A program made the translations under genes and the position numbers. Of a stretch of DNA of 64,000 nt, positions 34,622-48,195 are shown piece by piece. Location: assembly GCF_009914755.1 (NCBI RefSeq), contig NC_060932.1. One strand, given 5' to 3'. This stretch comes from the human T2T-CHM13v2.0 reference genome, Homo sapiens. The notes under the pieces are model-generated. The model saw nothing but the letters and a program-made list of their open reading frames with translations. It had not been told where the DNA came from and ran no database searches. Each line of letters opens with the position of its first letter. The stretch's first letter is position 1.

Positions 34622-34982
34622 TATATTAGTTCATTCTCATGCTACCATGAAGAAATATCCAAGACTGGGTAATTTATAAAGAAAAGAGGTTTAATTGGCT
34701 CAGTTCTGCATAGCTGGGGAGGCCTCAGAAAACTTACAGTCATGGTGGAAGGCACCTCTTCACAGGGTGACAGGAGAGAAAATGAGAACCTAGCGAAGGG
34801 AGAAGCCTCTTATAAAACCATGAGATCTCATGAGAACTCACTTACTATCACAAGAGCAGCATTGGGGGAACCAACTCCATGATTCAGTTACCTCCCACAG
34901 GGTCCCTCCCTAAACACTTTGGAATTATGAGATTACAATTCAAGATAAGATTTGGGTGGGGGCATAAAGACAAACCATATCA
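34622..34982 (-). mobile_element. THE1C-like solo LTR
   Basis: gactgggtaatttataaagaaaagaggtttaattgg, ggaaggcacctcttcacaggg, aaaccatatca. Confidence 0.92.
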
Positions 34983-35147
34983 CATTTTTTCACTCGTTAT
35001 CAAAACAAATATCACTTGAAGATCTACTGTGACCCAAGTGTTTTGAGAAGCACTGAGCTTAACAGCATTAAAAGAGACATAAGTTCTAGTCTAGAAAATA
35101 TTTTTTCTTGACACCTCTAATGTATTATGCGTTCCTTTTTTACTCAT

Positions 35148-35179
35148 AATATACTTATAAGTATACTTATAAGTATATT
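35148..35179. repeat. Perfect 32 bp palindrome
   Basis: aatatacttataagtatacttataagtatatt equals its own reverse complement. Confidence 0.95.
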
Positions 35180-36839
35180 TCCATTTGAAAATATGTTACC
35201 TGTAGGCAAAACCCCATCGTATATTCACTGTGTGTAGCTTTACTTAGTAGGCAATCAATGAATATATATTTGAAAGGTTTATATTTTTATTGCAAATGAA
35301 TATAATATCAGGGTTTATATCTCACATTTATTGTGCTGTATCATATGCTCATTTCTTCAACTTTAATTGAGATTACTAACTTTTAGCTTCTTTTATTTAT
35401 AGAGTCAAAAAGACATAAATTTTCCTATGACATTGTAATTGTAATTCCATTAGTTTCCCCTAAAAAGAAACAATCTTATGATTTTAGCTTCTTAAAATTT
35501 TCAACTTTATAATTTTCTTTTAAATCAAGACCCAAAACTTAACCCAGCACATCCAAAACTCTTTTTTAACCTACCATATGTTTTCATTAGAAACCACAAA
35601 TAATATAATGATTATAAGAAACTTGTAAGTAATATTATCACAGATTACCTCACTTATGAAAATAAGTGATTTACTTATGTGGTAGAGAATAATAAAAATT
35701 AATTAGTACAAATACCTATGCTGTCCAATGGAAGTTTACTATAAAATATATGTTCAATGATTTCTTTTGTTTTGCAAAAAGAGATGGAAATGTCATCACA
35801 GATCTGATTCTTTCCTTTACTTCATACCTAAACAAACAAATGGAGAATTAAATAACTTTGTAAAAATTCCAGGTGATACCTCTCCTTCAGTGAAAGTTGA
35901 TCTTGGAATACAGTTAACCTAATTAGGTAATCTTGTTCTCTATATATAGCTTTAATTAATACATAACTGATATTCTCTAATGTAGAACATACTGAGAGTC
36001 TTCAGGTTGCCTGTAATGACAGTTGTGCTGCTCTTAAGGGATCTTCTCAAGTGGGACAACACATCTTTCAGGTCATCATTGCTTGCTATGGGGAGAGTGA
36101 TTTGCCTTGAATGTAAAGTACTTACGGCGCAACTTGAAAATTGAGAAAAAGAATAATTTTGTTGCTGTATTTGGCCACAAATTTTATTAAAATATATGTC
36201 AAATGCTATTTTTCATTACTTCTCTATTTTACTGTGATTTTTGGTTAAGACAACCATTTTGTAGCAAAGTCACTGTCTCCATCTTAAGAGTTATGGCATA
36301 ATTGTTTGGTGCTAATTATTAAAAGAAAATAGTCATCCATGAAACAAATGGCCTGCTTATCTAGATAAATTGTCATCTTTTAAATGATATAGATGATCAG
36401 AGATTGAACTGTTTTCATTATCAGGAGAATTAAAATGGGAGAAGAATGTTCAAATGGTGTAAAGTTGTTAGTGGGAGCGTTTGATTCTCACCTTTCTACC
36501 CCAGAACTATGCTTGAACTCTAGCTTCCACCAGAAAAAAATAAAACTTAAAAAAAATTCCTCATGTTATTTCAAAATGCCTGACATTATTATAGATATCT
36601 GCATATTATTTAAACCTTGAAATCCATCATCTTAATCCTACTCCTATTATTCTGTTACCACATCATTAGGAAGTCCCTATAACTAGGGAACCCCAGATAA
36701 GATGCATGGTGCCATGGATCTTTCTGCCAAACCAGTATATAAACACTGCCATTAGGGAACCAAAAATGTAATAGATGCTCAAATAATGTCCTGGCAAATT
36801 ACACCTGCTTGATGTCAATTGGCACAGAAATGGCTACAG

Positions 36840-36939
36840 CAGTAGTTTTCAAACTTCAGAGTGCATCAGAATCACCGGGGGATAGAGGCAGGGTGATGCT
36901 GAGGCTGCTGGTTCAGGGATTACATTTCGAGAATCTCTG
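36840..36939 (+). mobile_element. Internally deleted MER5A
   Basis: cagtagttttcaaacttcagagtgcatcagaatcacc...ggtgatgctgaggctgctgg...gagaatctctg. Confidence 0.75.
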
Positions 36940-37397
36940 GGCTAGAGCAATATAGAAGTTGAGAGGTGGACCTCAAGAGTCACCCAATACAGTCATGTGT
37001 AGCTTTTAGATAATTCATGACCTTAAGCCCCAAAACATCAAGGTGGTGGCTAGCCCCAATCTCTCCAAAAGAAAATATAGGAGGACGAGTGGAATGAGGT
37101 CTTTGCTGTTGCAACTGATCTTGAGGCCGTAATTGATACTCATAATCTCCTTTCTTTACCACATGTTCTAGATTGATCTCACTCTTGGCCAGCATTTAAA
37201 CAGGTCAAGTGGTATGACTTGCCTGGTATTATGACTCAGCTTTTCATCTCCAACACTGTTAGAGGCCTTTGTTGCTTTACCTAGTCAGGCATGTTTGCTC
37301 CCACTGGCCCTGCAAGCCTGAAAACACCAAAAATGGTGTCAGTTAATTTCCTGAGTCCCTTCACTCATTACAGAGAAGCAACACCATTTTTCATTGG

Positions 37398-37827
37398 TAC
37401 TATGGTTTGGTTTATACCCACCAAAATTCAAACTTTTGTAATTTGATCTGCAACATAGTGATGTTGGGAGGTGTGGCCCAGTAGTAGGTGTTTTGGTCAG
37501 GGGGGCAGATTCCACATAACTGACTTGGTGCCACTTTCTCATTAGTAAGTGAGTTCTCATTCTTCAAGACTGAATTAGTTCTTGCCAGAATGGATTAGTT
37601 CCCTCCAAAATGGGTTGTATAAAGTAAGGATGCCCCTTGGGTTTTGTCTTTTCGCACATGTCTGCCTCTCTTTTGACCTTCTTTACCATGTTATGATGCA
37701 GCACAAAAGCCCTCCTCAGTAGCCAGGTCCATGTCCTTGAACATCCCAGCCTGCAGAACAGTGAACTAAATAAACCTTTCTACCCAGTCTTGGGTATTCT
37801 GTTATAGTAGCAAAACATACTGAAACC
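37398..37827 (+). mobile_element. MSTB2-like solo LTR
   Basis: ctatggtttgg start; aatggattagttccc; aataaacct; 5 bp TSD attgg at 37393-37397 and 37828-37832. Confidence 0.88.
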
Positions 37828-38529
37828 ATTGGTAATCATCAGTACATTATGTTGAACTATGATACTGCCAATCCAATACACTGCCCAGCCCCTGAATTCA
37901 TATGTGTAATTTCAAGGAGAGAGGCATCAGTGCAACGTAGGTAGATGACATAGTAACCTGTGCAACCTGTTCATGTAAGTTATTTTTACCCTCTGGGATC
38001 TGCTTGGATTCACTCTTGAATATATCATTTCAATCATGAAATGGATTGTTTTTGTACTAACCCAAATGTATGCCTCATAGAATGTAATAATACTCAATTT
38101 GTTATGGACAAACCATTGTTGTCCACAGTCAGGTGTTCAGTCTTTAGTGGGGCCCAGTGTCATTCCAGAAGATATGCCAAATGCTACGTTTTCCTCCTCT
38201 TGCTCCACAACTATAATGGTTTGCACTGTGACTCTATTAGGGTATGATAGGGACACCACACAATATCCTCATCCAATGGATACCTCCAGCACCATCCAAT
38301 TTGCTGAGTAATACAATCCAAATGACAGGGCAGCTTAAACCTCAGCCTGAACCTACTTCACAGTTCTTTCTTCCTATGGGTCCCACTCAAAACTAGTAGT
38401 CACCAGGTATGTAGACTGGAGCAGAATTACCATATGCAGTATATGGCCTACAAAATCCAATGAGGCTCATCAATAATCCATTACTTTCTTAGTTTTAGGG
38501 GATGCAAAGTTCATACATTTCCATGAATT

Positions 38530-39240
38530 TCTTAAATTGACAAATTAAAATTGTACATATTTATTGTAATACACCGTTAGCTCTTAAATATATATATGTT
38601 GTGGAATGGCTCAATCAAGCTAAGTAACATGCACTTTACCTTCCATACTAATCATTTTTTGTGGTGAGAACACTTAAAATCTACTCTTAGTGATTTTCAA
38701 GATATTATATATACATTTTTGTTTACTATAGTCACCACGTGTTACAATAGATTTCTTGAGTTTATTCCTTTTGTCTAACTGAAATTTTGTATCCCATGCC
38801 CAACATCTTCCCAACTTCCCACCTCCCAGCCCCTGGTAATCACCATTCTACTGTGCCTGGCTTGTTTAACTCAATATAATGTTCCCCAGGTTCATCCACA
38901 TTGTTGCAAATGACAGGATCTCCTTCATTTTTAAGGCTGAATAGTATTCCATTATATATATATATTATATATTTTTATATAATATTTTACATATATAATA
39001 TTATATATATTTATATATATGTGTGTGTGTGTGTAATCTATTGATGGACTGTCAGTTTGAGTCCATAACTTGGCTATTGTGAATAGTGCAACAATGAACA
39101 TGGTAGTACAGATATCTCTTTGACATACTAATTTCATTTTCTTTGGATATATCCCTAGTAGTTGTATTACTGAATAATTTGGAAGTTCTATTTTTATTTT
39201 TTTGAGAAAACTCCATACCGTTTTCTATAATGACCATTTA
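38530..39240 (-). mobile_element. L1MA7/8-like 3' fragment with a (TA)n/(TG)n expansion at 38952-39035
   Basis: tgtggaatggctcaatcaagcta, tgtggtgagaacacttaaaatctactc. Confidence 0.88.
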
Positions 39241-39559
39241 ATTTTATAGGGTATATCAGCAAGGTCCAGAAAAATTTTATCAGTCTGGCAAGGTCTTGGA
39301 TCTTCATGGGGTTATCTCTCCTTCACTTTCATTTACATGCCTTGTTAAGGTATTCAAAATATTTACTAGCTTCTTTTCAATAGGTGCTATTAGTATGCCA
39401 CCAATATGGTGAACTAGCCTAGTGTACTGTGATATGTCAAGTCAATCAGTGTGCCTCTGGTCTATATTTTAACGAATAACAACAGAGTTAGCATAGTTCC
39501 AAGAAAGTGAGATCTACGTAGAACAATTATACTGAAGTTCTGTCAAGTGGCACCTTTAA

Positions 39560-39952
39560 GAAGCTGTTTGTTACTCCAGAGAAATAGAACTAATAGAATT
39601 TGTGTGTGAAGTGATTTATTATAATTGGCTCATGCATTATGGAGACTGGCAATCTAAATCTGCAGTGTGGACCAGCACACTCAAGACCCAGGAAAGCCAA
39701 TGGTGTAGATGAAGTCCAAAGGGAGTCTGTTGGAAAATTATTTTGCTCAGGGAAGTGACAGTCAATATTTTTATTCTTTTGGGGTCTTCAACTGATTGGA
39801 TGAGGCCCGCACACATTATGGAGGGCAATTTTCTCTACTGATTAAAAGGTTAATTTCATCCAAAAATACTCTCACAGAAACACCTAGGATAATTTTTCAC
39901 CAAATATTTGGATATTTCATGATCTGATCAATTTGACGTAAAATGGGTCATC
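39560..39952 (-). mobile_element. MLT2 (MLT2C/D-like) ERVL LTR
   Basis: ctccagagaaatagaactaatag, ttcaactgattggatgaggccc, cacattatggagggcaat, tcacagaaacacc. Confidence 0.88.
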
Positions 39953-41772
39953 ATGGCTGTAATAAAATGTGGAGCAAAAGGATATAAGGTTAGGGAAGAA
40001 GACAGTATACAATATACCTTCTCTTTGAAACTTGGAATCTAATACAGAAATGTAGTAAAAATGGTTAAGTCAAAGCTGACACATAGTGTACAAAGAGTGG
40101 AGCAGACGGTGCAGTCTTCCCCAGTACAGACAAGAGTGTGCATTGTCTACAGAGAATTTAATAACAATAACAAATTGGCTATGATTTGCCCTACTATTAT
40201 CACTGTGTTCCAGCAATTCTAAACAATTCAAAAATAAAATACTCCTCCTTGAGAAACATCTTTGGTAGATCTAATTTCAAAACAATTCCTGAGGTTCCCA
40301 TTGAGATTTAATAATATTATATACACGCAAGATTTAAGCTAGAAAAAAATACTTATTCTTTAATAAACAATGTATTCTATGTGGAAGTTAATTCAAGGAA
40401 GCCCAGTTAGACAGACCTGCCCTGACTGTGCTGCACATGGTAACTTTGAGACTGGAACTGTTGGGAGTCATTCAAGCTCTCTTCAGATGCTCTTTGTGTC
40501 TCCAGTCCCTGTGGTCTTGCATATTCTTGCATTACACCTTTAGATTTCAAATAAACAATGACAGTACAGTGACCTGTAAAATAAAAAAAATGGAACTTGA
40601 GTTATTTCAGTTTTGTCATTTTAATAATACATACAAACTATTCTCTAAACCATAGAGAATTTACTCCTTTGGAAATATCTGTTACTTTTTTCTTGTTCAT
40701 TTTTTCTGATTATTATTTTTGATTTAATTTTATTATTATTGAAAATAATAGAAAAGGAAATAAAAATAATGTGCTCTGGGTGTGAAATAAGAGAGAAAAG
40801 GATTACAAAGTATCTGCCCCAGTATCAAAGGTACTAAGCTGAGAGTATTCTAAGTGCTCCCAACAGTTGTAAAAGAAACAGATGAGAAAAAGAATGGAAT
40901 TCTAGTTGTGGGGTAAAAGAGGAAGCAATTGGGGAATCAATTCAAAAGTTTTAATTTTTAAAGGTTTTTAATTTTTATGGGTATATAGTAGGTGTATATA
41001 TTTATGGGGTGCATGAGATATACTGATAAAGACATACAATGTACAATAATCACAACAGGGTAAAGAGAGTGCCCATTGTCTCAAGAATTTATCATTTCTT
41101 TGTGTTCCAAACGTTCCATTATACTCTTAGTTATTTTTAAATATACAAAACATTTTTTGTTGACTGCAATCACCCTGTTGTGCTATCAAATACTAGATTT
41201 TATTTATTCTATCTAATTACATTTTTGTACCCATTAACCATCCTCACATGCCCCCTCACCCACTACCTTTCCCAGCCTGTGTAACAATTATTGCACTCTC
41301 TATATCCATGAGTTCCATTGTCTTAATTTTTAGCTCCCACCAATGTCTTTCTGTGCCTGGTTTATTTCACTTAACACAATTCTATCCACGTTGTTGCAAA
41401 TGACAGAATCTCATTCTTTTTAGGGCTGAATAGTATTTCATTGTGTATATGTACCACATTTTCTTTATCCATTCTTCTGTTGATGGACACTTAGGTTGCT
41501 TTCGAATCTTGGCTATTGGGAATAGTGTTGCGATAAACACAGAGTGCAGACATCTCTTCGATATTCTGATTTCCTTTCTTCTGGATATAGCCAGCTGAGG
41601 GATTTTTGGATCATAGGGTACTTCTATTTTGAGTTTTCTGAGGAACCTTCATACTGTTCTCCATAATGGCTATACTAATTTACATTCCCACCTACAGTGT
41701 ACAGGGTTCCTTTTTCTCCACCTCTTCGCCAGCATTTGTTAGTGTTTGTCCTTTGGATAAAAGCCATTTTGA

Positions 41773-42061
41773 GGCTGGGCACTGTGGCTTACGCCTTAAT
41801 CCCAGCACTTTGGGAGGCCAAGGCAGGCGGATCAAGAGGTCAGGAGTTCAAGACCAGCCTGGCCAACATAGTGAAACCCCGTATCTACTAAAAATTAGCC
41901 GGGTGTGGTGGTGGGTGACTGTAATCCCAGCTACTTAGGAGGCTGAGGCAGGAGAATTTCTTGAACCCAGGAGGCAAAGGTTGCAGTGAGCCGAGATCTC
42001 GCCACTGCACTCCAACCCAAGCAACAGTTTGAGACTCTTATCTCAAAAAAAAAAAAAAAAA
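41773..42061 (+). mobile_element. AluSg-like
   Basis: ggatcaagaggtcaggagttcaagaccagcc; TSD aaaagccattttg at 41759-41771 and 42062-42074. Confidence 0.96.
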
Positions 42062-45000
42062 AAAAGCCATTTTGTCTGGGATGAGATGGTATCTTACTGC
42101 AATTTTGATTTGCATTTCTATGATTATCAATGATGTTGAGCACCTTTTCATATATCTGTTTGCCATTGTATGTCTTCTTTTGAGAAACGTCTGTTCAGAT
42201 CTTTTCCTAATTTTTAAATCAGATTTATTACCTTTTATAAATAGAGTGGTTTGAGCTCCTTATATATTCTGGTTATTAATCCTTCGTCACATAGATAGTT
42301 TGCAAATATTTTCTCTCATTCTGTGGGTTGTGTCTTCACTTTGTTGATTGTTTTCTTTGCCTTGCAGAAGCTTTTCAACTTGATGTGATCCCATTTATCA
42401 ATTTTTGCCTTGGTTGCCTGTGCTTATGGGGTATTACTCAAAAAATCTTTGTCCAGTCCAACATCCTGGAATTTCCCCAATGTTTTATTTTAATAGTTTC
42501 ATAGTTTAAGATCTCAGATGTAAGTCTTTAATTCATTTGACTTAATTTTTGTATATGGTGAGAGAGAGGAGTCTCGTTTCATTCCTTTGTATGGATATCC
42601 AGTTTTTCTAGCACCATTTATTGAAGAAACTGTCCTTTCCCCAGTGTATGTTCTCGGCACCATCATTTAAAATGAGTTCATTGTAGATGTATGGACTTAT
42701 TTCTGGGCTCTCTATTCTGTTCCATTGGTATATGTGCCTGTTTTTATGCTAGTATCATGCTGTTTTGGCTACTATTTATCTGTAGTATAATTTGAAGTCA
42801 GGTAACATGATTCCTCCAGTTTTGTTCTTTTTGCTCAGAATGGCTTTGGCTAGTCTATGTCTTTTGTGGTTCCACATAAATTTTAGGATTTTTTTTCTAT
42901 TTCTGTGAAGAATGTCCTTAATATTTGGATAGAGATTGCACTGATCTGTAGACTGCTTTGGGTAGTATGGAGATTTTAGCAATACTGATTCTTCCAACTG
43001 ATGAGTATGGAATATCTTTCCATTTTTCATGTGTCCTCTTCAATCTCTTCCATCGATGTCTTATAGTTTTCACTGTAGAGAGCTTTCACTTCTTTGGTTA
43101 ATTCTCGGGTATTTTATTTTATCTGCAGCTATTGTAAATTGGATTACTTTCTCGATTTCCTTTTCAGATTATTTGCTGTTGGCATACAGAAATGCTGTAA
43201 ACGTTTGTATGCTGATTTTATATCCTGCAATTTCACTGAATTTGCTTATCAGTTCTAGCAGTTTTTTCATGGAGTTTTAAGGCTTTTCCAAATATAAGAT
43301 CATATCATCTGCAAACAAGAATAATTTGATTTCCTCCTTTCCAATTTGGATGCATGTTGTTTCTTTCTCTTGTCTGATTGTTCTAGCCAGGATCTCCAGT
43401 ACTAGGTTGAATAACAGTGGTGAAAGTCAGCATCCTTGTCTTGTTACAAATCTTAGAAGAAAGGCTTTAAGTTTTAACCCACTCAGTACGACACTACCTG
43501 TGGGGATATTGTATATGGTTTTATTGTGTTGAGGTATGTTCTTTCTGCACCCAGTTTTTTGAGGGTTTTTGTCATGAAAGGATGTTGAATTTTATAAAAT
43601 ACTTTTTCAGCATTAATTGAATTAATATATGATTTGTATCCTTCATCCTGTTGATATGACCTATCACACTGATTGATTTACATATGTTGAATTATCCTTG
43701 CATCCCGGGGATAAATCCCACTTGGTTATGCATGCTGAATGATCTTGTATATGTATTGTTGAATTTGGTCTGCTAGAATTTTGTTGAGGTTTTTGGATCA
43801 ATGTCCAACAGGGATAATGGCCTGTAGTTTTCTTTTTTTGATGTGTCTTTGTATGGTTTTCATTTCAGAATAATACTGGCCTTATAGAATGAGTTTGGAA
43901 GTATTCTCTCCTCTTCTATTTTTCAGAATAGCTTGAGCAGAATTCATTTTAGTTCTTCTTTAAATGTCTGGTAAAATTCAGCAGTAAAGTCGTTGTATCT
44001 CAGGCTTTTCCTTGCTGGAAGACATTTTATTACAGCTTTGGTTTCATTACATGTTATTGATCTGTTCATATTTTGGATGTCTTCATGGTTAAATCTTAGC
44101 AGGTTGTATGAGTCTAGAAATTTATCCATTTCTTCTAGGTTTTCCAATTTGTTGACATATATTGCTCATAGTAGGCTCTAATAATTCTTTGAATTTCTGT
44201 GGTATCAGTTATACTGTATCCTTTTTCATCTCTGATTTTCTTTAATTGGGCCTTTTCTTTTTTTCTTAGTCTGGCTAAATGTTTGTTGATTTTGTTTATC
44301 TTTTTAAAAAAAAACTTTTAGTTTTGTCGATCTTTTGTACTTTTTCTTTCAATTTCATTTTTTTCCTGCTCTGATCATTATCATTTCTTTTCTTCTGATA
44401 ATTTGGGCTTTGGTTTGTTCTTGTTTTTCTAGTTCTTTAAGATGCATCGTTAGGTTGTTTAGTTGAAGTTTTTCTACTTTTTGATGTAGTTCCTTATTGC
44501 TATAAACTTTCTTCTTAGTACTGTTTTTGCTGTATCCTACAGGTTTTGGTATGTTGTGGTTCCATTTTCATTTGTTTCAAGAAATTTTTAAATTTTCTTC
44601 TTAATTTTTAATTGACCCACTGGTCATTTGGGAGCATATTGCTTAATTTCCATGTGTTTGTATGGTTTCCAAAGTTCCTCTTCTTATTGATTTCTAGTTT
44701 TATTCCATTGTGGTCAGAGCAGACATTTGTATAATATTTTAATTTTTTAAAAAAAATTTAAAACTTATTTTTGGCCTAATGTATTTTCTGTCCTTGAGAA
44801 TGATCCATGTGCTAGGAAAAGAGTATGCATTCTGCAGCTGTTGGACGAAATGTTCTGTAAATATCTATTTGGTCCATTTGGTCTATAGTGCAGATTAATT
44901 CCAATGTTTCTTTGTTGATTTTCTGTCTGGAATGTCTGTCCAATAATGCAAGTTGGGTGTTGACGTCTCCAGTTATTATTACATTGGGATCCATCTCTCT

Positions 45001-45825
45001 CTTTAGCTCTAATAATATTTGCTTTATATATCTGAGTGCTACAGTGTTGGGTGCATATATATTTAAAGTTGTTATACCCTTTTGATCATTATATAATGAT
45101 ATCTTCATCATTATGTAATGACCTTGTTTCTTTTTGTAGAATTGTCTGAAATCTATTTTGTTTTCTATAAGTATAGCTACTCCTGCTTTTTTTTTTTTTC
45201 AACTGCAAGGAATATCTTTTTCCATTCCTTTCTTTTCAGTTATGTGTTTCTTTATAGGTGAAGTGTGTTTCTTGCAAGGAATGGACTGTTGGGTCTTATA
45301 TATTTTTTTTAATTCATTCAGCTTCTCTCTATCTATTGATTAGAGAAGTTAGTCCATTTATATTCAATTTTATTCTTGATAACTAAGGACTTACTACTGC
45401 CATTTTGTTATTTTTTTTCTGTTTGTTTTGTAGACTTCTCTTCCTTCCTTCTTTGTTTTGAAGGTGATTTTCTCCAGTGGTATGTTTTAATTTATTGCTT
45501 TTTATTTTTTATGTATCTTTGGGAAGCTTTTTGATTTGAGGTTACCCGGAGACTTGCAAATAACATCTTATAACCAATTATTTTAAACCAATGGCAACTT
45601 AACACTCACTGCAAAAACAAACTAATAAACAAACGAGCAAAGAGAAATCTAATGAAAACTTTACACTTTAATCTCATCCCCCAACTTTTTAACTTTATGT
45701 TGTTTATATTATATCTTATTTTATTATTTCCTGAAAAGTTGTAGATTTTATAATTTTATCTTTTAGCCTTTATACTCAAGATATGAGTAGTTTCCACACC
45801 ATTACTGGCGTTATAATATACTGTT

Positions 45826-48090
45826 TCATAAACAGATCTAAAAACAAAAATCACATGATTATCTCAATAATTGCAGAAAAGACTATCAATGAAATTCAAC
45901 ATCCTTTCATGTTAAAAACTCTCAATGAAATAAGTATTAAAGGAACATATGGCAAAATAAAAAGAGCCATCTATGACAAACCCACATCCAACATCATACT
46001 GAATGAACAAAAAAGCTGGAAGCATTTTCCTTGAAAACCAGCACAAGACAAGGATGCCTTCTCTCACCACTCCTATTCAACACATTAGTGGAAGTCCTGG
46101 TCAGAGCAATCAAGCAAGAGAAAGGAATAAAGAGCATCCAAATGGGAAGACAGAAAGTTAAACTACCCAGTTTTCTGACGACGTTATTCTACATCTAAAA
46201 AACCCCACAGTCTCAGCTCAAAAGCTCCTTTAGCTGATAAACAACTTCAGCAAGGTTTCAGGACACAAAATCAATGTACAAAATCACTAGCATTCCTATA
46301 CATCAAAAACAGCTAAGCCAAGAGCCAAATCAGGAAGGCAACTCCATTCACAATTGCCACAAAAAAAATAAAATACCAAGGAATTTGGCCAACCAGGGAG
46401 ATGAAAGATCTCTACAGTGAGAATTACAAAATATCGCTCAAAGAATCAGGGAAAACACAAACAAACATAAACTCTTTACCTGCTCATGAATAGGAAGAAT
46501 CAGTATCAATAAAATGGCCATGCTATCCAAAGCAATTTACAGATGCAATGCTATTTCCAACAAACTACCAATGAAATTCTCCACAGAACTAGAAAAAAAG
46601 TATTTAAAAATTCACAGGGAGTGAAAAAAGACAAAATAGCCAAGGCAATACTAAACAAAAAGAACAAACCAGGAGACATCATGTTACCTGACTATGAACT
46701 ATACTACAGGGCTACAATAACCAAAACAGAATGATAGTGGTATAAAAGCAGGCACATAGATCAATGGAACAGAATAGAGAGTCCAGAAATAATGCCACAC
46801 TGCTAGAACCATCTCATCTTTGACAAAGCTTACAGAAACAAGCAATGGGGAAAAGATTCCCTATTCAATATATGGTGCTGGGATAACTGGATAGCCATAT
46901 GCAGAAGATTGAAACTGGATGCCTTCCTTACACCGTAAACAAAAATCAACTCAAGATGGATTAAAGACTTAAATGTAAACTCCAAAACTATAAAAACTCT
47001 GTAAAACAATCTAAGCAATAGCATCCTGGACGAAGAAACAGGCAAAGATTTTATAACAAAGATGTCAAAAGTAATTGCAACAAAAGCAAAAATTGGCAAA
47101 TTGAATCTAATTAAATTTCTGTGCAGCAAAAGAAAATATCAACAGAGTAAACAGACAACATACAGAATGGGAGGAAATACTTGCAAACTATTCATCTGAA
47201 AAAAGCTCCTATATGTAGCATCTATTAGAAATTTAAGCAAATTTATAAGAGAAAAACAAACAACCTCATTAAAAAGCAGGTAAAGGACATGAACAGACAT
47301 GTTTTGAAAGAAGACATACATACAGCCAACGAGAATATATAAAAAAGCTCAATATCACTGATAATTAGAGAAATGCAAATCAAAATCACAGTGAGATACC
47401 GTCTCACACCAGTGGAATGGCTATTACTAAAAAGTCAAAAAAGAACAGATGCTGGCAAGGTTGTGGAGAAAAAGGAACGCTTATAGACCATTGGTGGGAG
47501 TGTAAATTATTTCAACCATTCTGGAAAGCAGTATGACAATAACTCAAAGACCTAAAATTATAATTACCATTTGACCCAGCAATATACCTGGAAGAATATA
47601 AATCATTCTACCATAAAGACTCATGCACTCCTATGTTCATCACAGCAGTATTCACAATAGCAAAGACATGGAATCAACCTAAATGCCCATAAATGGCAGG
47701 CTGGATAAAGATAATGTGGTACAAATACACCGTGAAATACTATGCAGCCATAAAAAAGAACAAGATCATGTCTTTTGCATGAACATAGGTGGAGCTGGAG
47801 GCTATAATTATCCTTAGCAAACTAACACAAGAAACCAAATACCACATGTTATCATTTATAAATGGGAGCTAAATAATGAGAACTCATGAACACAAAGAAG
47901 AGAACAACAGACACTTTAGACTACTTGAGGGTGGAGGATTGGAGAAGGGAGAGGAGCAGAAAAAAATAACTATTGGGTACTAGGTTTAGTACCTGGGTGA
48001 TGAAATAATCTGTACCACAGACCTCTGTGACATGAGTTTGTCTCTATAACAAACCTGCAAATATACATCTGAACCTAAAATACAATTTTT
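45826..48090 (+). mobile_element. 5'-truncated L1PA13-15-like element nested in the L1MA3
   Basis: ORF2 from KNKNHMIIS onward; 3' UTR gagcagaaaaaaataactattgggtactagg...gaacctaaaata. Confidence 0.93.
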
Positions 48091-48195
48091 AAAAACTTAG
48101 AAAAAAATACCAAAAGAATTTTGATAATAATTGATATTGATTACATGTTGAAATAACATTTTAGATATTTCAAGTTAAATAAAATACATTAACAT
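48091..48195 (+). mobile_element. MER33-like internal fragment without TIRs
   Basis: atattgattacatgttgaaat...ttttagatatt...gttaaataaaata matches the MER33 interior. Confidence 0.7.

Larger units (their letters stand above)
37050..39540 (-). mobile_element. Decayed ERVL internal (pol) sequence, interrupted by MSTB and L1MA insertions
   Basis: Minus-strand 39383-39417 translates to LVHHIGGILIA, a decayed ERVL RT LVHYIDDI motif; integrase C-terminal-like end near 37100-37180. Confidence 0.7.
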
